This document shows positions 29,578 through 38,481 of a stretch of DNA of 64,000 nucleotides, one piece after another; within the stretch, counting starts at the first letter, position 1; every line of letters begins with the position of its first letter. The stretch is taken from assembly GCA_041181065.1 (NCBI GenBank), contig JBEGQI010000022.1:2863-66862 (forward strand), in the 5' to 3' direction. This DNA is from Verrucomicrobiota bacterium (GTDB lineage: Bacteria; Verrucomicrobiota; Verrucomicrobiia; Limisphaerales; DSYF01). Below the pieces are notes generated by a model. The model did no database searches. It was given only the letters and a program-made list of their open reading frames with translations, and was not told the DNA's origin. The position numbers and the translations under genes were made by a program.

Positions 29578-29632
29578 ACGCGGAGCGATTCAACACGAAG
29601 GGCGAGGGCCGAAAAAGCGGAAACTCAATTCG

Positions 29633-29710
29633 TTCTTAATCGTAATCTTACTCTTAATCTCACGGTGGAGAGGAAGGGATTAAGATTACGAGAAAGAGTA
29701 AGATTAAGAA
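29633..29710. repeat. AT-rich composite inverted repeat in the pilT-ybjQ intergenic region
   Basis: The outer arms ttcttaatc (29633-29641) and gattaagaa (29702-29710) are perfect complements. Inner blocks cttaatc/gattaag, gtaatc/gattac and ttactc/gagtaa are complementary but permuted, which allows alternative pairings. This is a strong AT island in a GC-rich genome. Confidence 0.6.
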
Positions 29711-29722
29711 CTCCAGCACCCG

Positions 29723-30784
29723 CTACGCCTTCTGCGGCATGATGCGGTCGGGATGCCGCGCGCGGCTCACCGCGGTGTCGTAGGTGATGAGACACTTGCA
29801 GTAGAGGTCGTAGAGGCAATTGTCCATGAGCACCATGCCGTCCTTGCGGCCCATCTGCAGCGTGTTCTCCAACTGATGCAGCTGATTTTCGCGGATGAGA
29901 TTTCGCACAGCACCATTCGCCACGAGCATCTCGTAGGCAAGCACACGCCGCGTCCGGTCCGCGGCTGGCAACAACTCTTGCGAGATGATTCCCTGCAACG
30001 CATTCGCGAGCTGCAAGATGATTTGCCGCTGCGCGCTGCCCTCGAACACGCCGATGATGCGCTCCAGCGCGAGCGAAACATTGGGCGAATGCATCGTGGC
30101 CAGAACAAGATGACCCGTTTCAGCGGCGGTGAGCGCGGTGGAAATCGCTTCGTAATCGCGCATCTCGCCCACGACGATGACGTCCGGGTCCTGCCGCAGA
30201 ACGTGGATGAGCGCGCGGTTGAATGAGCGCACATCGGTCAACACCTCCTGTTGCACCACGATGGCGCGCTTGTTCTCGTGCACGAATTCAATCGGGTCCT
30301 CGATGGTTACGATCTTGCAGCGGCGCTCGGTGTTGATGAGGTCCACGAGGTAATTCAGCGTGGTCGTCTTGCCCGCGCCGGTGGGGCCAGTGATGAGCAC
30401 GAGGCCGTTCGGCTTGCGCGCGAGTTCGTCGATGCGCTCAGGCAAACCTAACTCTTCGCGCGACGCGATGCGGTCGCCGCAAAAGCGGAAGCTCAACTCG
30501 GGATGGCCATTGCGCCGATAGACCGTGACCCGCACGCGTCCGGCGACGCTATGCAGCAGGGAGATGCACAACTCCCACTCCGCCTCGAATTTTTTCCGCT
30601 GTTGTTCGTTGAGCAGGCAATTCGTGATCTCGATGACTTCAGCCTCTGAAAGCGCGTCCTCATCCGCGAGGATGATCTCGCCGTTCACGCGATACGCCGG
30701 AGGCACGCCTGCGACGAGGTGCAGGTCCGACGCGTCGAAGTCGGCGGCAGCGGCGAGGAAGCAATCGAGTTTGTCTGAGTTCAT
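29723..30784 (-). CDS. pilT: PilT-family (type IV pilus retraction-type) hexameric ATPase
   Basis: ASDLHL..G.PP..R..G, Walker A GPTGAGKTTT, TIEDPIEF, Asp/His boxes (GEMRD, TGHLVLATMH). The ATG at 30784 overlaps the upstream TPR gene stop (ATGA at 30781-30784). Confidence 0.85.
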   Translation of the reverse strand: MNSDKLDCFLAAAADFDASDLHLVAGVPPAYRVNGEIILADEDALSEAEVIEITNCLLNEQQRKKFEAEWELCISLLHSVAGRVRVTVYRRNGHPELSFRFCGDRIASREELGLPERIDELARKPNGLVLITGPTGAGKTTTLNYLVDLINTERRCKIVTIEDPIEFVHENKRAIVVQQEVLTDVRSFNRALIHVLRQDPDVIVVGEMRDYEAISTALTAAETGHLVLATMHSPNVSLALERIIGVFEGSAQRQIILQLANALQGIISQELLPAADRTRRVLAYEMLVANGAVRNLIRENQLHQLENTLQMGRKDGMVLMDNCLYDLYCKCLITYDTAVSRARHPDRIMPQKA

Positions 30785-31560
30785 CGTTGAAGGAGTTGGC
30801 GGATTGAGCCGCGCAGTCGCGACCACCAGCTGATGCGACCAACGGAAACCAAAGCCGCGTGCACGTCATCGGAACGCGGATTCAATTCCTTCGCGCGCTT
30901 GAAAGAAGTGGTCGCTGGGCCCGCGAGCCCGAGCGCTTGCTGACAACGGCCCAGCTCCAGCCAAAGCAGGAAATGCCCTGCGTTCCACTCCAGCGCCTGT
31001 TGCGCGAGCTTCATCGCGACGGCGAATTGCTCGTAGTAATAGCGCACGCGTGCCGCCAGCCACGCGATGACCCAATCGCCCGCCGCGAGCGACAGCGCTT
31101 TCTCGAAGCAGAAGTCCGCCCGCGTCTCGCGTCGCGCCAGCAACACATCGCCGCGCGCGAGCCAGATGTAGGGAGACTCGCCGCGCGCCTCGATGGCGGA
31201 GTCAGAAAAAGCGAGCGCGCCCTGAATGTCGCCGTCACGCGCGAGGGCGACGGCTTTGGCCGCGAGCAGTTCAGCCTCGTTGGGGAATTTCTCCAGCGCC
31301 TTGTCGGCCCACAGCTTGGCTTCGCGAAATTCGCCGAGCTCAATGAGCATACGCACCTGGCCAGTCCACGCGGCGGCGCTGCGCGGATTAAACTCGAGCA
31401 CCTTGGAAAAATAGCGGAGCGCGGACTCGAACTTCCCGTTCTCGAAAGCGGATTGAGCCTCGGCGAGAAAGTGCGCTTCGTCCGTGGTAGCCGCGTGCAG
31501 CGGTTCGACCGCTCGATCCTCGGAACCGTCCCCCAGCTCAAGATTTCCGAAGCGGCTCAT
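30781..31560 (-). CDS. TPR-repeat protein
   Basis: 259 aa with several 34-aa TPR-like units (A..AFENGKFESALRYFSKVLEFNPRSAAAW; EFREAKLWADKALEKFPNEAEL...). Confidence 0.75.
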   Translation of the reverse strand: MSRFGNLELGDGSEDRAVEPLHAATTDEAHFLAEAQSAFENGKFESALRYFSKVLEFNPRSAAAWTGQVRMLIELGEFREAKLWADKALEKFPNEAELLAAKAVALARDGDIQGALAFSDSAIEARGESPYIWLARGDVLLARRETRADFCFEKALSLAAGDWVIAWLAARVRYYYEQFAVAMKLAQQALEWNAGHFLLWLELGRCQQALGLAGPATTSFKRAKELNPRSDDVHAALVSVGRISWWSRLRGSIRQLLQR

Positions 31561-31578
31561 GACAACGTGATAGCAAGC

Positions 31579-31917
31579 TCATCCGGGCGTAACCAACGAA
31601 TTCTTCGGCGGCAATGGCGCCTGCTGCCGCACCAGTTTCATCCGCGCCTTGCGCAGTTCGTCGGCGGACAACTCCCTGCGGGCGACCCGTTCCTTCGCGC
31701 GTGCGCGGGCGTGCATCCATTCACGCAGGAGCAGCAATGTGCCGAGCAGGATCAGTCCGGCAAGGCCGGGCAGCGCGTAATGAAGAAACACATCCTCCGG
31801 CATCCGCGCGAGGATGACCGCTGCAATCAGGAGTGTGGGCAACACGACAAGGAACAAGCCGGCATTGCGCCCGCGTCCTTGCAGATTCTCAAACAAGCCT
31901 GCCCAGAATGGACTCAT
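31579..31917 (-). CDS. Small two-TM membrane protein with a basic coiled C-terminal tail
   Basis: 112 aa. Helices GLFLVVLPTLLIAAVILA and LPGLAGLILLGTLLLL, then REWMHARARAKERVARRELSADELRKARMKL. It is tightly spaced between the AAA+ and TPR genes (16 and 18 bp gaps). Confidence 0.5.
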   Translation of the reverse strand: MSPFWAGLFENLQGRGRNAGLFLVVLPTLLIAAVILARMPEDVFLHYALPGLAGLILLGTLLLLREWMHARARAKERVARRELSADELRKARMKLVRQQAPLPPKNSLVTPG

Positions 31918-31933
31918 AACAACTCAAAGGGGT

Positions 31934-33448
31934 TCATCGCGGCGCGTTCGCGTTGCGCGCACGACCATCCGCCCACGCGCGAAGCTGGCTGATTTGCTCG
32001 GCCATCGTCTTTGCGAGCGGCACGGTTTGCGCGATGGCGGCCTGCACGTGCACGGTCGTCAAATCGGTGCGGGCATGGAAAGCATCGTAGAGCGCGCTGT
32101 TGATGGCTTCCTCAATTTCCGCGCCGCTGAAATGATTTGTGGCATCCGCCAGCGCGCCCAGATCGAAGCCCGCCGCAACGCGACTTCGCTTGGTCAGATG
32201 GATGCGGAAAATGTCCTGACGCTCTTCACGGCTCGGCAGGTCCACGAAGAAGATTTCGTCGAGGCGACCTTTGCGCAGCAATTCCGGCGGCAGGTTGGAA
32301 ATGTCGTTCGCCGTCGCGACGACGAACACCGGCGCGGTCTTTTCCGAAAGCCACGTCAGGAAGGTGCCGAACACGCGCGCGGTGGTGCCACCGTCCGAAA
32401 TGCCGGAGCCTTGCGAACCGGCGAAGGCTTTGTCGATTTCGTCCACCCAGAGGATCGCGGGCGCGACGGACTCGGCCACGGAGATGGCATGGCGGACATT
32501 TTCCTCCGACGAGCCGATGAAGCTGCCGAACATGCGGCCCATGTCGAAGCGCAGCAACGGGAGTTGCCAGAGATTTGAAACCGCTTTCGCGCACAGGCTC
32601 TTGCCGCAACCTTGCACGCCGAGCAGCAACACGCCTTTGGGCGCAGGCAAGCCGAACGCCCGTGCCTCGTCCGTGAACGCTGCAGCGCGTTTGTTCAGCC
32701 AGTCTTTCAGCACGGCCATGCCGCCGACGTGGCTGAAGCTTTCATCCGTGGCGTAATATTCAAGCAGGCCACTCTTGCGAATGATTTGTTGCTTCTCGGC
32801 AAAAACGTCGGCCACGGCATCCACGCTCAGGCGCTCATCCTTCACGATGATCTTGGCAAAGACGTTCTCCGCCTCGCCGAGAGTCAGGCCGAGCGCGGCT
32901 TGCAACACGCGTTCGCGGCCCGCATCATCGAGGTCGATCTTCACCTGCTTGTGCGGCTTCACCTCGGCGATGATGTGGTCGAGCAACGCGGATAAATCTT
33001 CGCGCGACGGCAGCGGGTGATTCAGCACCGTGATTTCCTTTTCCAGCTCGGTTGGAATCTCGAGCGTCGGCGCGATGATGATGATGGTCTTGTGGCTGTT
33101 CTTCAGGTGCAACGCGATGTCCTTCAACTTGCGCGTCACGGCGAATTGGCTCTTCGTCAGGAACGGATGAAGGTCCTTGAAGACAAATACCGCGGGCTCG
33201 ACTTGCTCGATGACAAGGTCCAGTGCGGCGAGCGGATCCTTCGTGGCGGGGTTGCGGCTTTTCTGCGACTGGATGGACGTTCCCGCCGGCACGATGCCGG
33301 TGCTGCACGTCCATTCGAAGACGCGCTTCTGCCGCTTCTTCGCGATCTCGACGATGAGTTCCTGCACGCGCAGCTCCTCGCTCGAAAGCACGTAGAGGAT
33401 AGGATACCGTGCGCGGATCAGCGTCTCGATTTCGGTGGCGAAGGTCAT
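31934..33448 (-). CDS. Ycf46-like AAA+ ATPase
   Basis: 504 aa. N-terminal [22 protein letters not shown]...FEWTCSTG is typical of Ycf46-type proteins. C-terminal classical AAA module: Walker A GVQGCGKS, Walker [10 protein letters not shown], second region of homology [21 protein letters not shown]. Confidence 0.8.
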   Translation of the reverse strand: MTFATEIETLIRARYPILYVLSSEELRVQELIVEIAKKRQKRVFEWTCSTGIVPAGTSIQSQKSRNPATKDPLAALDLVIEQVEPAVFVFKDLHPFLTKSQFAVTRKLKDIALHLKNSHKTIIIIAPTLEIPTELEKEITVLNHPLPSREDLSALLDHIIAEVKPHKQVKIDLDDAGRERVLQAALGLTLGEAENVFAKIIVKDERLSVDAVADVFAEKQQIIRKSGLLEYYATDESFSHVGGMAVLKDWLNKRAAAFTDEARAFGLPAPKGVLLLGVQGCGKSLCAKAVSNLWQLPLLRFDMGRMFGSFIGSSEENVRHAISVAESVAPAILWVDEIDKAFAGSQGSGISDGGTTARVFGTFLTWLSEKTAPVFVVATANDISNLPPELLRKGRLDEIFFVDLPSREERQDIFRIHLTKRSRVAAGFDLGALADATNHFSGAEIEEAINSALYDAFHARTDLTTVHVQAAIAQTVPLAKTMAEQISQLRAWADGRARNANAPR

Positions 33449-33464
33449 GTGAGTGCGTTTCGGT

Positions 33465-33680
33465 TCAGCTGATCAACCGTTTCCACCACGGCTTGCCGGG
33501 CTTCGGCAGTTTGGAAATGGATTCGCTGAGGCGCTGTTCAACTGTCGCAGGCACGACCGTCTGACGGATGTCTTCGCGCAACGCTTCCTCTGCCGAGTTG
33601 AATTCGCGGGCCGAGGTTTGCTGCGCCTGCGTGTGGGAAAGCAGTTCGCGTTCGCGGGATGTTTGCTTGTGCTGTTTCAT
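33465..33680 (-). CDS. Small hydrophilic protein of unknown function (first gene of the AAA+/PilT operon)
   Basis: The ATG at 33680 (the track ORF starts on TTG at 33692) gives 71 aa: MKQHKQTSRERELLSHTQAQQTSAREFNSAEEALREDIRQTVVPATVEQRLSESISKLPKPGKPWWKRLIS. It ends 16 bp before the AAA+ start. Coding status is unproven. Confidence 0.4.
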   Translation of the reverse strand: MKQHKQTSRERELLSHTQAQQTSAREFNSAEEALREDIRQTVVPATVEQRLSESISKLPKPGKPWWKRLIS

Positions 33681-33698
33681 GCGGGGCCTCAATCAGGG

Positions 33699-33871
33699 AA
33701 AATGAACAACCACGGATGGACACAGATAGACACGGATAGAAGCAAGGGACCGCCGCCACAATCCTGCCCCTTTGATACGCCGGGTATAAGAGCCAAGCGC
33801 GATCGAAGAGAACCGAAGTCCACGTTCTGGTCGCATCCGTGTCTATCTGTGTTCATCCGTGGTTTCATTTC
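33699..33871. repeat. MITE-like palindromic element (about 38-bp terminal inverted repeats, about 95-bp core)
   Basis: The left arm aaatgaacaaccacggatggacacagatagacacggata (33700-33738) is nearly the reverse complement of catccgtgtctatctgtgttcatccgtggtttcattt (33834-33870). The element sits exactly between the ECF sigma stop (33873-33875) and the next gene. Confidence 0.55.
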
Positions 33872-33872
33872 T

Positions 33873-34433
33873 TCAGGCGGTCTTTTCAAACTGGGCGGCA
33901 AAAGCTTTTCGGGCGCGGTGCAACTTACCACGCACAGCGTCAGCTGTCTGGCTCGTAAGTTCAGCAATCTCCTCGTAGCTCATCTCTTCGTCCGCGACGA
34001 GCAGGAGCAGCAGGCGGTATTCGGGAGTCAACCGGTCCATCGTCTTCGCGATGCGCTCGCCCAGCTCCTTCACTTCGAGGATGCGCAACGGCGAATCACT
34101 GGTGGCGGGCGTGGCGTCGAGGAGGGTTTCATCCGCGCCGGTGACGATGTGGCGGTTGTGCCAGCTTGCCTGAAGGTTGTGGCAATGGTTGATCGTGATT
34201 CGGTAGAGCCACGTGCGAAAGGCGGCCTCGCCGCGGAACTCATCGAGCTTGCGATAGACCTTGAGAAAAACGTCGTGGGTCACGTCCTCGGCGCGTTGCG
34301 GGTCGCCGAGGTAGCGGAGCGCGAGGTAATAGACCGCCTTGTTGTGTTCACGATAAAGGTCGGCGAACCCGGACGGTTCCAGTCCGGGCGGCGCCGTAGG
34401 TTCGACACCAGGTTCGTTCACGAGGGGCTCCAC
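33873..34433 (-). CDS. ECF-type sigma-70 family RNA polymerase sigma factor
   Basis: Region 2 (AEDVTHDVFLKVYRKLDEFRGEAAFRTWLYRITINHCHN) and region 4 (LTPEYRLLLLLVADEEMSYEEIAELTSQTADAVRGKLHRARKAF). GTG start. Confidence 0.9.
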   Translation of the reverse strand: MEPLVNEPGVEPTAPPGLEPSGFADLYREHNKAVYYLALRYLGDPQRAEDVTHDVFLKVYRKLDEFRGEAAFRTWLYRITINHCHNLQASWHNRHIVTGADETLLDATPATSDSPLRILEVKELGERIAKTMDRLTPEYRLLLLLVADEEMSYEEIAELTSQTADAVRGKLHRARKAFAAQFEKTA

Positions 34434-34501
34434 GGCTGATTAGACAGGAGCAGCCGAGGGTCGTCACGCAAAGAACAGCGGACGCAGTTTTGCCGGCTGG
34501 G

Positions 34502-35212
34502 TCAGTCTTCGTCGCCGTGAATGGTGATCACTTTGAGCAGCCCGAGCAGGACCACCAGCAGGATTAATCCGCTGGCGAGGGGAAGGATGCCCACGCCCAG
34601 AAACAACCACCGTAAGTTTGTGATCTCATGGGTCAGGTCGCGGCTGGATTCGAGCGACACGGTTTCAATCCGGTCTGTCAGCCGGTCACACGCTGTTTGA
34701 TAGGAGAGGAAACTGTGGAGAAGATCAACGGACCCGTCGTCATTGGCTGCGGTTGATTTGGGATCGGGCGTGCCTGCGGTGAACGCATCAGCTTGCTTGC
34801 GGCAGATGGCGCGCTTGTTGAGAACCTCTTCGAGACAGGCCCGCAAATCCGGGTCCTTCAAGGTGGATTTGAGCTGCGCGTAGAGCCGGTCGTTCGCGGC
34901 GCGTTCGTCGGCGATGGTGCGTGTTAGCTTCGCGCGCGCTGCAGGATCTTGCGTCTTCTGCAGTTCAATGATGTGGCCGTAGCTTGCAAATGCATGCAGG
35001 CCGACCTCCTGAAGCTCATTCAATGAAACCGTCGCTTCGGTCAAAACGCGGCTGTATCGGGCGTTGATGCTCGCCAAGCGCCACCAGCCAACCACACCCA
35101 GCGCCAGCAACATCGCTGTGATGATTGCGAGCGAATAGATTGCCAGCCTGCTCGCCCGCCGGGGGGCGGGTGCTACTGCGCGATTCGCAGCAAAGGATGA
35201 CGGAGTATTCAT
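34502..35212 (-). CDS. Membrane protein with an MCP-type four-helix-bundle (4HB_MCP-like) extracytoplasmic domain and no output domain
   Basis: TM1 (LAIYSLAIITAMLLALGVVGWW), then about 150 aa that are helical by composition (RLASINARYSRVLTEATVSLNELQEV...), then TM2 (WLFLGVGILPLASGLILLVVLLGLL), then 9 residues. It lies directly upstream of the ECF sigma gene. Confidence 0.55.
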   Translation of the reverse strand: MNTPSSFAANRAVAPAPRRASRLAIYSLAIITAMLLALGVVGWWRLASINARYSRVLTEATVSLNELQEVGLHAFASYGHIIELQKTQDPAARAKLTRTIADERAANDRLYAQLKSTLKDPDLRACLEEVLNKRAICRKQADAFTAGTPDPKSTAANDDGSVDLLHSFLSYQTACDRLTDRIETVSLESSRDLTHEITNLRWLFLGVGILPLASGLILLVVLLGLLKVITIHGDED

Positions 35213-35345
35213 GGGTCAATTGCTGGACAAGCGCTAATAAAACGGAGGGAGCCCCGAAGCTAAAGCGAAAACCTCTGCCCAACGGCTAAGACCTGGCCCC
35301 GGGTGTGCGCGCCCGGACCGCGATTCCTCAAGCAAAAGGAGCGAT

Positions 35346-35717
35346 CTACTTGCCCTTCGCTTTGACCACTGCTTCTGCTTGTTCGTAGGAACCCACGTTG
35401 AAGCAATTGGTGTAACCCGCGGCGCGCAGATCCTTTTCCGCAATGCCGCTGCGGCGCCCGGAGCGGCAGTGGAGCAGGATGACCGTCGATTTGTCCGGCA
35501 CCACGTTGGTGATGCTGGTCTTGACGGTGTCGAGCGGCAGGTTGGTGGCGCTGGCGAGGTGGTTAGAAGAGAACTCCTCGCGCGTCCGCACGTCCACCAG
35601 CACGGCGCCGGCCTTCAGCTTCTTGGCCGCCTCGGCGGTGGTGATCGAAGATTCGGCGTAGAGCGTGACGGCGAGCGCGCCCATCAACAGTGCGGCGAGA
35701 AGGGATTTGGTTTTCAT
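35346..35717 (-). CDS. Secreted single-domain rhodanese (sulfurtransferase)
   Basis: Signal peptide MKTKSLLAALLMGALAVTLYA, LVDVRTREEF...HL..A.N.P, and active-site loop CRSGRRS. Confidence 0.85.
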   Translation of the reverse strand: MKTKSLLAALLMGALAVTLYAESSITTAEAAKKLKAGAVLVDVRTREEFSSNHLASATNLPLDTVKTSITNVVPDKSTVILLHCRSGRRSGIAEKDLRAAGYTNCFNVGSYEQAEAVVKAKGK

Positions 35718-35778
35718 GTGACGTTACGGAGTGCAATTTCTGTCGTCGCCCAGAAATTGCAACTCGTTTGGCAACGTC

Positions 35779-38427
35779 TCAGGGCGAACGCAGCCGGAAG
35801 AATTGCTGGGCCGGAGCGGCGTTGACGGGGACAACCAGTTGCAACGAGCCCGCGCCGTTGGCGGTGTTGGTGCTCACCGGCGTCCAACTCAGCAAGTCCG
35901 GCGAAGCTTCCAGCACCCACGGTTGATTGGCGGCGGCTTGCGCGGCCAAGGCGACTGTGTTGCTGCTGGTGAGCGTTGAACTGGCGATGACCGGCGAAGG
36001 CAAATTGGTGAAGATCGCGGTCACTGTTGTGCTGTTCGTCGGCATGATGAACGAAGTGGTGGGCGCGCTCGGATTTGCGACTGCGGCGCCGCCCCAGCCG
36101 GCGAACAATTTGCCGCTGGAAGCGGCGTTGGCGGTGAGCGTCACGATGCTGCCCGCACCGAAGTTGCCGCTGCCGGTGCCGTTGCTGACCGTGAGCGAAT
36201 AAGCGTTCGCAGCATTGGTGCGCCAGAGTTGCAAAAGTTTTTGCAAGGCGAGCGGCGCATTCGTCGGCGCGGGGCGACCGAGTTGGTCGCCGGCGTTGAT
36301 GCCGTGGCAATTCGCGCAGGTGCGCACTTCGCCGGGGCGGAAGGTGATCCAATAACGCTCCTTCACCACGCTGTCGTTGTTGTTCGTGCCGGTGAGGTGC
36401 CAGGTCACGGCGCGGTTCGCTGGGACGATGGTGGCTTGCGAGCCGTCGGGCATTAACTCGGTGCCGCCGAGCGGCGCGCCGACTTTGGCGCTGACGTAAT
36501 TGAACGCCGCCGAATCGTGCATCGGCGTGGCGAGAACGCGGCGTCCGGGCTGCGGCAAACCGCCTTGGCCGTTCGTGTAGCCGCGTAGGAAGTCGGCTTG
36601 CAGAAATTGCAGATGCGAGATGTCATAAACCTTGCCGCCGTTCGCGATGGAGTTGGTGCCGCCAGGGATGCGGAGGTTGTAGGGCTGTTGTTTGTCGTTG
36701 CCGTCGCGCGCCGTGACGTTGCGGCTGACGACGAGTGCCAGGCCACGGTTTGCGAGGTCGGCTTGGAACGTGGCGAGGTCCACGCTGGCATTCGTGAACA
36801 CGGTGGCTTCGATGCCGGCCACGCCGGGATTCCACGGCGACGGCACCGGCCGCGCGCGCACTTCGACCGGTTGCAATTCCCAGAGCGCATTGCTTTGCGT
36901 TACGCGCGTGGTGCCGTCCCAATACGTAGCAACGTTGGTCAGCGGTGTGTCGATGAGGAACTGGTTGGTCATGTAGATCGGCGTGCTGGGATTGTTGGTC
37001 AACAGCATGAGCCGGAAATTGTAAGCGGACTTCGGCAGCGAAGCGGTGCCGAGGTTGGAATCAAAGCCGGAGACCGGGGTCGCGGCGGCGATGAGCGCGC
37101 CATCGGACATGGGCAGCGGATTGCGGAAGTTGATGGTCGTTGCGGCGGTGATGCGCGTGAAGAACATGTTGTTCGGGTTCAACGACGGCGGGCCCGTGAG
37201 TGTGAGGATGCGACCCGAGGTGTGGGTGCCGCCGTTCTGCGAAAAGTCCGGCGCGTCCACGCCGAAATAGACGCCGTTGGTGCGCGGGTCCTCGACGATC
37301 TGGAAAAAGTTTTCGATGAAATTTGTGTTAACGGAAACAACGCCCGCAGCAGTGCGGCTGGCCAGGCCGCCGAACGTGAGCAGGTTGGTGTCGGCCAGAA
37401 ATGAGTTAGTCATCAACTGGGCGAACTCATGACGCCCAAGATGGTTGATGATCTCTTCCTCGCCGCCGGCTTCGGGCAGCATCCACGGGAAGAAGTTGTT
37501 GAACGCGTTTCCGTTCACCCCCATCGCGACACGGTTGGTCGTGTCGAAATTGCGCGGTTCAGGAAATGTTTCGAGCGTGACGGGCACGTTGCTGGCGCCG
37601 AGCGCCTCGCTGAGGAAGTTGAACACGCCATTGGTCTGGTTGTGCAGGCGATCGTCGGCGGAGTTTGCGTCCTGCACGAGATGATCCCAGCGCGTTTCAA
37701 TCACGCGTCCGAAGCTGTCCACGAACGGATTGAACGCGCCGCTCGGCGTGTGGTTCAACTGCCGCAGGTTCCCCGTCGCCGGGTTGAGACTCCACGTGCC
37801 GGTCACGCTCGGCTGGCCTTTGTATTCCTCCAGTTGCGGATAGATCTGCGCCGCCGCAGCGATGGGTTTGTCGGTCATGAAAATGACGCGGTCGTCCGTC
37901 GCGTAAGTCGGGTTGACGTTGTTGAAGTTCGTCGGCTGGTTCGGAACGGGAATGATCGCCGGGACGATGTTTGTATCGGCGATGACGGCGGTGAGATTGG
38001 TGACCTCGTAAAGCTGCCAGTGGAATTGCGTCACATCGTTCGAACTCGCGGGCGCGCCCACGACCATGCTGAAAAGGGCTTTCTTTCCGCTCCAGTGCAT
38101 CGCGGGATCGCGCACCGCGATGCCGACGCCGTCCTGCACGCCGTTCGTGCCGAAACCGGCGCTGCGGGTGAGATTCACGAGCGCGCCATTCGTCATGCGC
38201 AACCACAGGTCGCCGCCGCGTCCGCAGTGCGCCGTGTCCGGCAGGTGGTTACCAAACAGCGACACGACGGACAGAAAGCTCGTGGCCACGGCGCCATTAT
38301 TCTCACGCGGCATGTGCACCTGCGTGACGAACAAGATGGGATTGGTCGTCATCACCGACGCGCGCGCGACGGGGACGAACAATAACGCAGCAGCCAACAC
38401 AGCTCCGATGCGGCAATGAATTTTCAT
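35779..38427 (-). CDS. Giant secreted protein with a single CxxCH motif, an InlB-B-repeat-like domain and the C-terminal FYR-type domain
   Basis: Signal peptide MKIHCRIGAVLAAALLFVPVARA. CANCH is encoded at 36304-36318 (ERYWITFRPGEVRTCANCHGIN). YSLTVSNGTGSGNFGAGSIVTLTANAASSGKLFAGWGG resembles an InlB B-repeat. The C-terminus reads ...WVLEASPDLLSWTPVSTN...QQFFRLRSP. Confidence 0.7.
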   Translation of the reverse strand: MKIHCRIGAVLAAALLFVPVARASVMTTNPILFVTQVHMPRENNGAVATSFLSVVSLFGNHLPDTAHCGRGGDLWLRMTNGALVNLTRSAGFGTNGVQDGVGIAVRDPAMHWSGKKALFSMVVGAPASSNDVTQFHWQLYEVTNLTAVIADTNIVPAIIPVPNQPTNFNNVNPTYATDDRVIFMTDKPIAAAAQIYPQLEEYKGQPSVTGTWSLNPATGNLRQLNHTPSGAFNPFVDSFGRVIETRWDHLVQDANSADDRLHNQTNGVFNFLSEALGASNVPVTLETFPEPRNFDTTNRVAMGVNGNAFNNFFPWMLPEAGGEEEIINHLGRHEFAQLMTNSFLADTNLLTFGGLASRTAAGVVSVNTNFIENFFQIVEDPRTNGVYFGVDAPDFSQNGGTHTSGRILTLTGPPSLNPNNMFFTRITAATTINFRNPLPMSDGALIAAATPVSGFDSNLGTASLPKSAYNFRLMLLTNNPSTPIYMTNQFLIDTPLTNVATYWDGTTRVTQSNALWELQPVEVRARPVPSPWNPGVAGIEATVFTNASVDLATFQADLANRGLALVVSRNVTARDGNDKQQPYNLRIPGGTNSIANGGKVYDISHLQFLQADFLRGYTNGQGGLPQPGRRVLATPMHDSAAFNYVSAKVGAPLGGTELMPDGSQATIVPANRAVTWHLTGTNNNDSVVKERYWITFRPGEVRTCANCHGINAGDQLGRPAPTNAPLALQKLLQLWRTNAANAYSLTVSNGTGSGNFGAGSIVTLTANAASSGKLFAGWGGAAVANPSAPTTSFIMPTNSTTVTAIFTNLPSPVIASSTLTSSNTVALAAQAAANQPWVLEASPDLLSWTPVSTNTANGAGSLQLVVPVNAAPAQQFFRLRSP

Positions 38428-38481
38428 GTTGGCTAGGATAGCCGACGATGACGTCCGCTCAATACGCCGTCGGGCGTATTC

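Noticed and set aside
35213-35345. A search for an ECF-type promoter (GGAAC-N16-17-CGT) upstream of the 4HB sensor/ECF sigma genes
   Set aside because: There is only a GGAAT with no suitably spaced CGT element, and CCGTT motifs without a matching -35 element. Nothing is convincing enough to annotate.
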